From a virus (taxonomy: Duplodnaviria > Caudoviricetes), in the IMG/VR virus record IMGVR_UViG_3300030677_000019, positions 1-25,881 of that record: a stretch of 25,881 nucleotides of DNA. One strand, given 5' to 3'. Under the pieces are notes generated by a model that was not told the DNA's origin, did no database searches, and saw only the letters and a list, made by a program, of their open reading frames with translations. This document shows positions 17,051 to 25,719 of the stretch, in pieces (the first letter of the stretch is position 1; the number at the start of each line of letters is the position of its first letter). The position numbers and the translations under genes are program-made.

Positions 17051-17301
17051 TTGGAAGCCCTCGTATAGCCCTCTTCAAAGGCCTTGGCTGGCGAGAATGA
17101 CTTGTAGCCATCGGCATAAACAACGAAGTAGTCGCCGGGAGAAGGAGTGAATCTAAGGAAAACTTCGGCGGGAACTTCAAACGACCCATAACCTTCGTCT
17201 GCTGGCGTGATTATTTGGCCGTTCACGTCTTTAATCTTCAATGCCCACACGGTCTTGTGGCACTCGTACTTCGGCATCTCTCTTTCGTCTTCGTTGCTCA
17301 T
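17047..17301 (-). CDS. Small conserved phage protein (GDYFVVYADGYKSFSPAKAFEEGY family), 84 aa
   Basis: ATGA overlaps at both ends, a recognisable phage motif, and visibly more AT-rich DNA than the flanks. Confidence 0.75.
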   Translation of the reverse strand: MSNEDEREMPKYECHKTVWALKIKDVNGQIITPADEGYGSFEVPAEVFLRFTPSPGDYFVVYADGYKSFSPAKAFEEGYTRASK

Positions 17302-19955
17302 TTGGCTAGCTCTCCAGGGTTCATCGGCATGGGTGACATGGCGGGCATGGACGGAAGATGCCCATTGGACGTTGGTGGTGCATTGGCTTCAGCCAGCCGC
17401 CCACCGGGCGCGACGGGGTGAATGTGGATGGCAGTTGGGGTGGGCGCAATCACCGGACTGACGTTCTTGGTATCCAACGCGACAGGGGCATCAGTGGGTC
17501 CAGGCACCGCACCATTCACCATCGCTTCGACCAGGTGCTGCGGGATGGCCGGAGCAACCGCACCGATGAGCGCGATGGCAGACGCCGTGGTCAGTACGCC
17601 ACCCTTCACATCGGCAAGGATCGCGGTCAGCGCGGCAATCTGGGTACCAGCGAAGGCGGTCAGCTCGATCGGCGGCGGCGGCGGGGGTGGAGGCGGCGGC
17701 GGCGGCGTGCGAGGCGGATCAGGCAGGAACGCAGTCGGGTCGATCCGGTCGCCGGTGCGCCGGATGGTCTCGGCAATCAGCGCCTCTTTGCAGTCGGCCA
17801 CTTCTTCCTTGGTCGATCCGCGCAGTGCGCCAACCTCGTCAATCGCCTTGTTCAGATCGGGGAAGATCGCGGCCCATGCCTGCTGCTGCGCGGCGGTGTC
17901 GGGCTTGCCCGTCGAGCCGGCATGGATCGACACGTTCACCAGCGCGTTCAGGTCATCGATCCCCATGTCCTCGGGCCAAAGGCACCAGGGACCGGCGATC
18001 GTCTTCACGTCCTGCACGGTCATCTTCTGCAGCGACACCTCGGCGGTGTACTGCGCCAGATCGTTCATCACCTCATCCAGCGCTGCCCGCATGTAGCCTG
18101 TGCGCGACTTGCTGCCCTCCTGTTGAATCTGCGCCTCGGTGGCGGTCTTGGGAGTGTGGATGGATGAGGACAAGGCCTCCTGCACACCCCATATCTGCTC
18201 GAGCTCGGCACGGATGACGGAGGTGTCGTACAGCGACTCATCGACCCGCGCGTAATTCACCGGGGCGAGGATCTGGGCAAGATTGAGATTCGGATTCAGT
18301 GACTCAATCGCCACCATCTCCTGCAATCCGCCCTCTTCCAGCTTCTTGGCATTGTCCTTGTCCAGCATGTTGGCCAGGAACGCTGTCTTGGGCAACGTGC
18401 GTTTGCGGTGCGTGCGGAAGTTGGTGCGAACGCTGTCGTACTCGTCGAACAGGCTTTCGGAGCGGGTGACCAGTGAGCGCGGATGGCGCTCGCCGTCCAC
18501 GTTGCCGATGGCGTATTGGAAGTACGGATAGAAGCGCGAGCTGCCCGGATCAGGTGTATAGGGCGCCTTGCCGTAGGTGTCGAGACCTTCGACGAAGCTC
18601 AGGATCGTGGAGCTTTCGCGGTTCCACACCTCCCAGAACGCAATGCAGGGCTCGCCGCTGCTGGTGGCAATGCCGGTGTGGTTGCTGCCGTTGCCCATGC
18701 CAGTGGCACCCTTGGTGTAGCTGTCGGCATCCGAGGCACTGATGTTGTCCGAGGCCATCAACCCCGAGTCGCGCGCAGCGGTGGCATCGGTGACCTTCTG
18801 GCGGTAGTACATGGTCGCCTTGGCCAGACGCTTTTCGATATCTGGCATGTCGGCCTTGGCCTGCGACACCGGAATGAAAGCGCGCTGGGCGATCCACGGA
18901 GAATCGCGGTAGCTGGCCATGTCGCGGCATTCGGTCGCGATCTGCATGTCTTCGGCCGGGATGAAGTCAATGGCGAAGCCGCGCGACACGACCATCTCCA
19001 CCTTCGCTTCCAGCCCCATCATTTCCTGCGCCAACTGCGCCTTGAGCGCGTCCTCGTTCTTCGCCTCACCCGATTCCAGTTCCCGCTTGGTCTGGCCTAT
19101 GGTGGCGAGGTTTTCGAGGATGTCGTCAATCTGCTGCTGGATGATCGGGTCTTTGCCGGTGCGCTGCAGCCAGCACGCCTTGATCCAGCCGACGCCGATG
19201 GTCAGCGCCGAGTTCACCAGCGGCAGCGCCTGACGCTTCAGCTGCGCCTTCTTCCATAGGCTGGCAATGACCAGTTCCAGCGTGTCGGCGAGCTGCTTGG
19301 CGTCGTCGCGCAGCTGCTGGTAGGGCTTGAGGATCGCGGTTACCTGCTGCAACAGGATGCTCTGCGGGTCGGTGCCCGTCTGACTCGGCGGTGCGTTGGA
19401 CGGCGGACCGCCGGGTGCTGGACCGGGAGGTGGCGCACCAAAGCTCGGCGGGGGAGGTGCGCCCGGTGGAAGCCCCGGCTGCGCACCCAGCGCGTTGGCC
19501 CCGTGCATGCCTTGGCGAGCCGCGATCAGGGAAGCCAGTGCGCCCGGTTCAGCGCCCGGTGTCGCCGCAGCTTGCGATGGCAGCGTGCCCTGCTGGGCAA
19601 TCACCATGGACTCGATTTCTTTCTGCGGCGGCGGCTGACTAAAGCCAGACGGCGCCACGTCCACATTCGGGTCTTGCGCGTACAGGAACGACCGCAGCAC
19701 ATCGATGTAGCTCTGCGCGATCGGCACGTTGACGGAGAACTTTCCGTGATCGGCGCGGGCGTAGTAGCGATCCTGCGCATACCGTTTGCGTGCCACCTTG
19801 TCGTAGGCGCGCGCGGTCATGATCTTGCCGCTTTCGCCCATCCACGCTTCGCAATCGGCCTTTTCCTCGGGCGTAGGCTGGCGGTTACCTTGCTCCGCGC
19901 TGCCGGGGGTGGCGACGCTCACGCCTTCGTCAAAGTCTTGGGTTTCCGTGGCCAT
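17298..19955 (-). CDS. Portal protein, 885 aa
   Basis: Directly follows TerL. Podophage portal motifs LYAQDPNVDV, SALTIGVGWIK, WEVWNR, RFYPYF and KTATEAQIQ are present, plus a Pro-rich insert and tail. Confidence 0.85.
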   Translation of the reverse strand: MATETQDFDEGVSVATPGSAEQGNRQPTPEEKADCEAWMGESGKIMTARAYDKVARKRYAQDRYYARADHGKFSVNVPIAQSYIDVLRSFLYAQDPNVDVAPSGFSQPPPQKEIESMVIAQQGTLPSQAAATPGAEPGALASLIAARQGMHGANALGAQPGLPPGAPPPPSFGAPPPGPAPGGPPSNAPPSQTGTDPQSILLQQVTAILKPYQQLRDDAKQLADTLELVIASLWKKAQLKRQALPLVNSALTIGVGWIKACWLQRTGKDPIIQQQIDDILENLATIGQTKRELESGEAKNEDALKAQLAQEMMGLEAKVEMVVSRGFAIDFIPAEDMQIATECRDMASYRDSPWIAQRAFIPVSQAKADMPDIEKRLAKATMYYRQKVTDATAARDSGLMASDNISASDADSYTKGATGMGNGSNHTGIATSSGEPCIAFWEVWNRESSTILSFVEGLDTYGKAPYTPDPGSSRFYPYFQYAIGNVDGERHPRSLVTRSESLFDEYDSVRTNFRTHRKRTLPKTAFLANMLDKDNAKKLEEGGLQEMVAIESLNPNLNLAQILAPVNYARVDESLYDTSVIRAELEQIWGVQEALSSSIHTPKTATEAQIQQEGSKSRTGYMRAALDEVMNDLAQYTAEVSLQKMTVQDVKTIAGPWCLWPEDMGIDDLNALVNVSIHAGSTGKPDTAAQQQAWAAIFPDLNKAIDEVGALRGSTKEEVADCKEALIAETIRRTGDRIDPTAFLPDPPRTPPPPPPPPPPPPIELTAFAGTQIAALTAILADVKGGVLTTASAIALIGAVAPAIPQHLVEAMVNGAVPGPTDAPVALDTKNVSPVIAPTPTAIHIHPVAPGGRLAEANAPPTSNGHLPSMPAMSPMPMNPGELAK

Positions 19956-19985
19956 GGGCGACGCTCTCGATGGGGAAAGGTGGGA

Positions 19986-21563
19986 TTAGCGGTAGTACCG
20001 CGCCCGCGCAGCTTCGTCTGCTTGGTCGTCGTTGTCCATGGACTCCACCCATCGGCGGGTGAACGGGATGATCTCGTCTTTCTTCGGTTTGTCGGCCGGA
20101 TCCTTGCCTTCGAGCAGCATGTCGATGGCGCGCCCGAACATGCCGGCGCAGTCCCACATGTCATCGAAGGTGCCACCGGGAAAGCTGCACATCTGCTCGA
20201 TGAACTCATCACCGAATGTCCCTTCCTTGACGTGCACCTCAAGAACTTCCACGTGGCCAAGGAAGCCCTGGCACTTCTGCAGCTTGTCGCCCGTGGATGG
20301 CAATAGCTTGCGTATTGCGTAGGTGCGCTTCTTGCGCATCTGGTTGCGTACTTCCGGACCGATGGCGTTCTCAATCGGCCCCTTTTCTCCCAGCCAGAAC
20401 ATCGGCTCGTACTGCTGCAACAGCGACATGCCCGCGGCGATGCCCTTGTCCGTGGTCACGCGCTCATTGAATCCACCGTCAACCCAGATACCGCCCGTAT
20501 GGTCCAGACCGATGGCTAGGTGAGCGGTCTTGTCACCGGCGTCCTGCTTGGTCGCGAAGTCACTGATCAGCGTCCAGCGGATGCCCTCGGGCGTCTTGCT
20601 GTAGCGATGGAACTGCTCCCGCTGGCAGTAGATGCCCTTGTCGGGCACGGGCTTCTGCTGGAACAGGCTGGACCAGGTGCGGGCAATGGCCTTGAAGATC
20701 GACCAGTGGCGCGGACTGAACCACTCCGGCCACAGGTAGTCGCCGACCTCGCGCCCCAACGGATCATCGTCACGGTCGGCCTGCGCCGGGATGCACAGCA
20801 CGCGCCAGGTCTGGCCATCGCGACACTCGATGTATCCGCTTTCCCCGTTCCACGTCTCGGGCAGGATGGAGCCGGCCAGATCCTTCTGGTTCCACCGGGT
20901 CTGAATCAGGATGATCGATGCCTTGGGCTTCAGACGAGACAGGAAGTCATCGCGGTAGGCGTTGAGCGTGCGCTTCTGGTCGTTCTCGCTGTCCGCTTCA
21001 AGACGCCCAGCCACGGGGTCATCGATGATGCCCAGGTCGCAACGGCTGGACGTGATGCCGCCCAGAAGGCCCGCAGCGAACAGCCCCGACCCGTTGGTCA
21101 ACTCCCACTCGTCGGCAGCGTTGGAGCCGCGCACGATGGTCGTGTGCTTTTCCCAGATGCTGGCGTAGGCCGCGCTACTGCAGATTTGCCGAGCTCGCTT
21201 GCTGGCACGAATGATCGGCGTGCCGGCGTAGCTGGTCATGAGCACGCGGATGCCGGGGAACTTGCCCATCGCCCACGTCGGCGCCACCACAGCGGCATAA
21301 CTGGACTTGGCCGAACCCGGAGGGGCGAAGATCATCAAGCGGCCGTAGTCCTGCTCGATGCACTCCTGAATCTGTTCCATCATCACGCGCTGGTGGATGG
21401 CTACGCTGGTCTCGATGGGCTTAAATAGCCATTCGTCCGGCGACTCGCTGATCGGCGCGCCCGGGATCTCGATGGCCTGGCTGTACTCCGACAGCGACTC
21501 GAAGGCGCGATCTCGGCGCAACAGTTCGCGCGCTGCCGCTGCCGGGGAGCAAACGTCAAGCAT
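19986..21563 (-). CDS. terL: Terminase large subunit, 525 aa
   Basis: Walker A APPGSAKS, Walker B LGIIDDP, coupling motif IQTRWNQKDL, and nuclease acidic residues in ISDFA...GDKTA...FPGGTFDDMWD. Confidence 0.92.
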   Translation of the reverse strand: MLDVCSPAAAARELLRRDRAFESLSEYSQAIEIPGAPISESPDEWLFKPIETSVAIHQRVMMEQIQECIEQDYGRLMIFAPPGSAKSSYAAVVAPTWAMGKFPGIRVLMTSYAGTPIIRASKRARQICSSAAYASIWEKHTTIVRGSNAADEWELTNGSGLFAAGLLGGITSSRCDLGIIDDPVAGRLEADSENDQKRTLNAYRDDFLSRLKPKASIILIQTRWNQKDLAGSILPETWNGESGYIECRDGQTWRVLCIPAQADRDDDPLGREVGDYLWPEWFSPRHWSIFKAIARTWSSLFQQKPVPDKGIYCQREQFHRYSKTPEGIRWTLISDFATKQDAGDKTAHLAIGLDHTGGIWVDGGFNERVTTDKGIAAGMSLLQQYEPMFWLGEKGPIENAIGPEVRNQMRKKRTYAIRKLLPSTGDKLQKCQGFLGHVEVLEVHVKEGTFGDEFIEQMCSFPGGTFDDMWDCAGMFGRAIDMLLEGKDPADKPKKDEIIPFTRRWVESMDNDDQADEAARARYYR

Positions 21564-22026
21564 CGCCAGACGGGTCTACACCACCGTCTTTGTGCACTCC
21601 ACCGGCCGCGATGGCGAGCAGTTGATCGCGCGTCAGTTGGGCCGGCGTGCTGGTCAGTGGGTTCTGCGGATCGTTGCCGAGCAGCACGGTCTTCTTGTAG
21701 CGCGTATCCCACATCTGGATCAGCTTGAGGTCGTGCCAGATGACCAGCTTGTCACGGTCGACGCTGCCGGTGGACTCGCCGCCTTCGTCTTCCTTCTTGC
21801 CTCGAGCCGTCAGTCGGCTGCGGTGTGCGATGGCGTCTATGCCAAGCTCGAACGCTGCATCTATGCGGTTGGCAAAGTCCACGTTCTTGCTGCGCCACAG
21901 CTTGTGCGTGCTGACATCCAGGCCGATCCGGTCGCATACCACCGTCAGCGGCGTGCCTTCCTTCAGCCCTTCGCACAGCGCGGCAATCAGCGCTTCCTTC
22001 TGTTCATCGGTGAAGGGACTGGTCAT
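21556..22026 (-). CDS. terS: Terminase small subunit, 156 aa
   Basis: N-terminal HTH (LCEGLKEGTPLTVVCDRIGLDVSTHKLW), oligomerisation helices (GIDAIA, RDKL), and a GNDPQNPL tail. Overlaps the TerL start by 8 bp. Confidence 0.85.
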   Translation of the reverse strand: MTSPFTDEQKEALIAALCEGLKEGTPLTVVCDRIGLDVSTHKLWRSKNVDFANRIDAAFELGIDAIAHRSRLTARGKKEDEGGESTGSVDRDKLVIWHDLKLIQMWDTRYKKTVLLGNDPQNPLTSTPAQLTRDQLLAIAAGGVHKDGGVDPSGDA

Positions 22027-22229
22027 TGGCGGTTGAGGATCGCGTTGGCCTTGCGGCGTATCTCGGCGGCTTCGGCCGAGGTGAGGTTGCCGGCGGCTAG
22101 TTGCTGCGTGGCGCGCGCCTTCGCATTGGCGGCGTGACTACGGTCCGGCATCGGATACTTGCGCTCCTCGGGTAGCCCAAACATCACGTCCTTTAGGTAG
22201 GACCGACCCTTACTGGTCAGCTCAGCCAT
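22023..22229 (-). CDS. DUF6582-like small basic phage protein, 68 aa
   Basis: LTSKGR..L....FGLPEERKYPMPDRSHAANAKAR matches the recalled DUF6582 pattern. AGGTGA RBS and ATGA coupling to TerS. Confidence 0.7.
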   Translation of the reverse strand: MAELTSKGRSYLKDVMFGLPEERKYPMPDRSHAANAKARATQQLAAGNLTSAEAAEIRRKANAILNRQ

Positions 22230-22425
22230 ACGTCACCTGTCCGCCGAAGTTCTCTCGCCGGTAGAACGAAGGCCGTGCCGAGATGGGCATGGAACCGTAC
22301 CGCGCCGTCAGGATGTGCCGGATCGAGGTGGACAGGTTCGTCAGTTGGAGCATTGGCCCCGGCGCGGGTCCGCCATGCGCAAGCGTTTCCTGCATCCGTC
22401 GCGTTCGGGTGGTTGACTTGGGCAT
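22222..22425 (-). CDS. Hypothetical protein, 67 aa
   Basis: ATG with GGAG upstream and an 8-bp overlap with the next gene. No recognisable motif. Confidence 0.45.
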   Translation of the reverse strand: MPKSTTRTRRMQETLAHGGPAPGPMLQLTNLSTSIRHILTARYGSMPISARPSFYRRENFGGQVTYG

Positions 22426-22565
22426 CGCTCGGACTCCGGCAGGGTCAGAAGGTGGGCGGCATGGCAGTCGGCGCAGCGGCCTTGGACGAAGCGCAGCTTA
22501 GGCTTTCGTTGGCGGCAGTGAAAGCAGGGAAACAGCGCGTCAGGGTCGATTGGCTTACTCGGCAT
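22341..22565 (-). CDS. Putative small zinc-finger protein (CFHC...CADC), 74 aa
   Basis: ATG 22565 overlaps the upstream stop, and there are two CxxC pairs. The C-terminus overlaps the next ORF by 85 nt, which lowers confidence. Confidence 0.4.
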   Translation of the reverse strand: MPSKPIDPDALFPCFHCRQRKPKLRFVQGRCADCHAAHLLTLPESERCPSQPPERDGCRKRLRMADPRRGQCSN

Positions 22566-22683
22566 AGTGGTCGTGGTCGCAGTTCGTGCAGCTCTTGTAC
22601 CGATAGGGATGGGCATCGAACCACCAGATGTGGCCACCCACGCGGTACCACTTGTGAAACCCGAGCCAGCATCGAATGCGCAT
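22555..22683 (-). CDS. DUF1660-like small protein, 42 aa
   Basis: MRIRCWLGFHKW...CTNC matches the CxxGxHxW...CxxC pattern of small phage proteins. AAGGGAAG RBS before ATG 22683. Confidence 0.55.
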   Translation of the reverse strand: MRIRCWLGFHKWYRVGGHIWWFDAHPYRYKSCTNCDHDHYAE

Positions 22684-22707
22684 GATCTTCCCTTTGGCTG
22701 ATGTGAC

Positions 22708-22727
22708 AAAGCCCCATTGCTGGGGCT
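22708..22727 (-). terminator. Probable weak rho-independent terminator
   Basis: Minus strand AGCCCCA-GCAA-TGGGGCT-TT: GNRA loop and short T tract, about 20 nt after the stop at 22750. Confidence 0.5.
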
Positions 22728-22749
22728 CTGCGTTCACAAGGTACTGCGA

Positions 22750-23061
22750 TCAGCTGCCGAGCGGGGGGACATCGCCCGGGCCGCCGGAACCGCTGGCAGG
22801 AGCGGTCGGCGATGCGGCCGCGAGGGCAGCGGTGTTCGCCTCGATCGTGGCGTTGTTGGCCGCCAGGGTGACAGCCGCTGCTTCAACGGCGGCATCACTG
22901 TCGCCAGACGTGCCGGCTTCAATGGCAGCGACGGCGGCGTTCGTTGCGGTGGTGTTGGCTCCTACGGCTGCCGTGTTGGCAGTGATGGCGGCTTGCAGGT
23001 CGGAAAGGCCGGGCATGGTGATCTCCAAGATGATGATGGTGGGCTTTCGGAAAAGGAACAT
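22750..23061 (-). CDS. Ala/Thr/Asn-rich coiled-coil protein (103 aa, or 88 aa from ATG 23016)
   Basis: LSDLQAAITANTAAVGANTTATNAAV...IEANTAAL heptads. A GGAGA RBS precedes the internal ATG 23016. Confidence 0.6.
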   Translation of the reverse strand: MFLFRKPTIIILEITMPGLSDLQAAITANTAAVGANTTATNAAVAAIEAGTSGDSDAAVEAAAVTLAANNATIEANTAALAAASPTAPASGSGGPGDVPPLGS

Positions 23062-23121
23062 GGGCGTGTCCAGGTTGGGCGCCGAGCGGAGTGTGTCACC
23101 GCTGGCGTGATGGTGAAAGTC

Positions 23122-23370
23122 CTACTTCGCAAACCCCATGTTGCGAAACCAGGACTGCATGAATCGCGAGGCCGCTTTGTCGTCGCTGAAGCCGCGGATA
23201 CCTACGTCCGTCTCGCCCGAGCCATCGGTGGCCTCGCTGAACAGCACGAAGGCCTGGCGCGGACCCACTTGGCCCTCGTCGATCGCTTGGGCAATCATCC
23301 GCAGCGTGTCAGCCATCGACGGCAGCTCGGGCTCATCCTTCCTCGGGAAGCGCAGCACGTTGTCAGACAT
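23122..23370 (-). CDS. Hypothetical protein, 82 aa
   Basis: TGATG coupling. MSDNVLRFP start and ADTLRMIAQAIDEG helix are common in small phage proteins. Confidence 0.65.
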   Translation of the reverse strand: MSDNVLRFPRKDEPELPSMADTLRMIAQAIDEGQVGPRQAFVLFSEATDGSGETDVGIRGFSDDKAASRFMQSWFRNMGFAK

Positions 23371-23972
23371 CAGAACAACTCCGGGTTGATCGCGCGAATC
23401 TCAATGATTGCGCGCGGATTGGCCTTGTCGATGCGATGGTAAATGTGCCGCTCTCGCACCTGGCGGTCATTCACATAGCAACCCTTCTGGACCAGCTCTT
23501 TGACCTTCATCCCGCCGAACTTCACCGTCTTGTAGCGGTTCTGCAGGATGTCGAGGATCAGTGACTCGTCCAGATCGGGCCGTTCGCTCGCGTAGAAGAT
23601 CCACATGGTCACCGCGACGGGCATTGTCAGCTGCAGTCGACACATTGTAGGTATCTGCGCGAGAGCATCACGCTCATAGGCCAGCGCCTTCTTGGACTTG
23701 ATCGAAGAGGGCCGGCCACCGATCGTCACGATGTCGCGGCTATTTGCTTTACTGGCAGGCTCGCCGAGTATGGTAAATGCCACCAGGGCCTCTGACGCGT
23801 TGCGATGTGGTTTCGAACCACCGTCTAGGATCGACGCTACGGCGCCTGCGCGCTTCGTGGCGGCATTCGCAGACTCAACCCCAGGCGAGGGTAGCTCCCC
23901 AACAACGGGTTGCGCGAGGAGGTCATTCTGCGAGTTAGTGAACTCTACGGTTTGTTTGGCAGGAAGTCTCAT
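23370..23972 (-). CDS. rusA: RusA-family Holliday junction resolvase, 200 aa
   Basis: FTILGEPASKAN...PVAVTMWIFY..RPDLD...ILDILQ...NDRQV...DKANPRAIIEI. Likely start ATG 23972 (ATGA overlap). Confidence 0.8.
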   Translation of the reverse strand: MRLPAKQTVEFTNSQNDLLAQPVVGELPSPGVESANAATKRAGAVASILDGGSKPHRNASEALVAFTILGEPASKANSRDIVTIGGRPSSIKSKKALAYERDALAQIPTMCRLQLTMPVAVTMWIFYASERPDLDESLILDILQNRYKTVKFGGMKVKELVQKGCYVNDRQVRERHIYHRIDKANPRAIIEIRAINPELF

Positions 23973-24298
23973 GCCATCGCCTCGTAGGTCGCGGTGATCG
24001 CCTCGCAGAGCGTCGGCCCATCGAGCCGCCACACGATTTTCCCATGAATCTTGCTCAGGGCTTCGAACACCCCAGCGAGCCATGTCGGCGTTTTCTCGAT
24101 CAGGGCGAAGGCGCGGATGTCGGTCGAGGGTATGGCGTAGATCTGGCCTTGTGGGTTGACGAGGATGAAGTGCTGGCCTCGGTTGCGAATCCGGTCGAGG
24201 CAGATCAGCACCGAGCTTGGAAGGCAGGTGATGTCCCCGACCGGATCGGGAAGCTTGACGCCTTGGACGCGGCGGGCGGTGGGGCCGATGGAAGTCAC
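23969..24298 (-). CDS. Hypothetical protein, 109 aa
   Basis: Coupled by GTGA and ATGA overlaps to the helicase and RusA genes. Confidence 0.65.
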   Translation of the reverse strand: MTSIGPTARRVQGVKLPDPVGDITCLPSSVLICLDRIRNRGQHFILVNPQGQIYAIPSTDIRAFALIEKTPTWLAGVFEALSKIHGKIVWRLDGPTLCEAITATYEAMA

Positions 24299-25719
24299 GA
24301 TTGGAATCCCCTTTTTTTCGTGGTGTGTTCGGGAGTCGGTGCGGCAGGGCGTGGACCGATGAGATTCTGCATGCGCATTTCGCTGAACGTGTTTTGCAGG
24401 TCGATCGCGTGGCCAGTGCGGATGTTTCGACCCTTCGCCGGAATGACCTCGACGATGCCCTTGAGGTGGGTGTTTTCGTCGTAGTAGTCCTCGCGATGGA
24501 GGAACAGGATTACATCGGCCTTCTGCTCAATTTCACCCGATTCGCGCAGGTCGGTCATGGTCGGACGTTTGTCATTGCGGGTGGCCACGGCGCGGTTGAG
24601 CTGCGCAAGGAGGATCACCGGGCACTTGAGTTCCTTCGCCAGCGTCTTGCAGCCTTGGGTGATTCGTCCGTATTCGTGGCGAACTTCCGCCTTCGGATCG
24701 AGCTGCATGTCGTGCATGTGATCCACCACCACCAGGCGGATGGGCGACTGCAGGTGAGCGCGGCGCACGCGGGCCATGAGCTGGTCGATGCTGATGGCGG
24801 GACTTTCGTCGATCAGCAGCGGTGATTCGCTGATGCGCTGCGTGGCATCGTTCAATCGGGACCACCAGAAATCGGCATCGATGTCGTGCTGGGCGGGGTT
24901 CTCCACCCATTCGTGGGGGATTTCGCCGACGCAAGCGACAGCACGTGCCATGCATTCCTCGGCCGTCATCTCGATCGAGAAGAAGGCCGTGTTGTGACCT
25001 GCGAGTGCGTTGTTCAGAGCGGTCTGCAGGCCGAAGATGGATTTGCCCATGCTGGGTCGTGCACCGACGACGTACAGAACGCCATCGCGTAGGCCCTTGG
25101 TGCAGTCGTTGAGACCCTTCCATGGCCACGGCGAGCCAAGCAACTGCGGTCCGCGCTGGTAACGCGCCATCAGCTCAGCCTGCATCCGTTGCATGCCGAT
25201 CTTCGCCGGCTCCAAGTTACCGCGCAGTTTGTTGACCTGGATCTGCGACAGCGCATGCGAAGCGTCCGCGATGAGTTGCTGACTTTCCGAGCCGCGTCCG
25301 TAGGCGCCGGATGTGAGTTTGGTTCCGACATCGATGGCCGTGCGCAGCCGGGACTTTTCCACCACGATCTCGGCGTAGGCGACGATGTTGGCGGCGCTCG
25401 GGGTGTTGTTGTCCAGCTCGTACAGGTAAGCCGATCCGCCAATCATCTCGGCAAGGCCATGCGTCTCGAACCAGTCCCCGAGGGTGACGGCATCGACCGG
25501 CGTCCCGCGTCGAGTGAGTTCACCGAGAGCGCGAAAGATGAGCCGATGATCCTTGCGGTAGAAATCCCCCTCCATGAGCCAATCGGAAAGTTTGGCCAGC
25601 GCATCCGGCGCGAGCATCAAGCCGCCGATAACGGCCTGCTCGGCCGCGATGTCGTGCGGCGGTAGCAGCAGCGAGGCGACATCCGCCGGCGGACGGTCGG
25701 TTGCGTAGTCGGCGCTCAC
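24295..25719 (-). CDS. dnaB: Replicative DnaB-family helicase, 474 aa
   Basis: PPHDIAAEQAVIGGLM N-domain, Walker A GARPSMGKS, FFSIEM, VVVDH, and QLNR...KRP...DLRESGEIEQKADVILFLHR. Likely start GTG 25719 (GTGA overlap). Confidence 0.93.
   Translation of the reverse strand: MSADYATDRPPADVASLLLPPHDIAAEQAVIGGLMLAPDALAKLSDWLMEGDFYRKDHRLIFRALGELTRRGTPVDAVTLGDWFETHGLAEMIGGSAYLYELDNNTPSAANIVAYAEIVVEKSRLRTAIDVGTKLTSGAYGRGSESQQLIADASHALSQIQVNKLRGNLEPAKIGMQRMQAELMARYQRGPQLLGSPWPWKGLNDCTKGLRDGVLYVVGARPSMGKSIFGLQTALNNALAGHNTAFFSIEMTAEECMARAVACVGEIPHEWVENPAQHDIDADFWWSRLNDATQRISESPLLIDESPAISIDQLMARVRRAHLQSPIRLVVVDHMHDMQLDPKAEVRHEYGRITQGCKTLAKELKCPVILLAQLNRAVATRNDKRPTMTDLRESGEIEQKADVILFLHREDYYDENTHLKGIVEVIPAKGRNIRTGHAIDLQNTFSEMRMQNLIGPRPAAPTPEHTTKKRGFQS

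Noticed and set aside
17670-17705. GGC/CCG run as a phase-variable microsatellite
   Set aside because: It is an in-frame triplet run interrupted by synonymous Pro codons, so it encodes polyproline and cannot switch frame.
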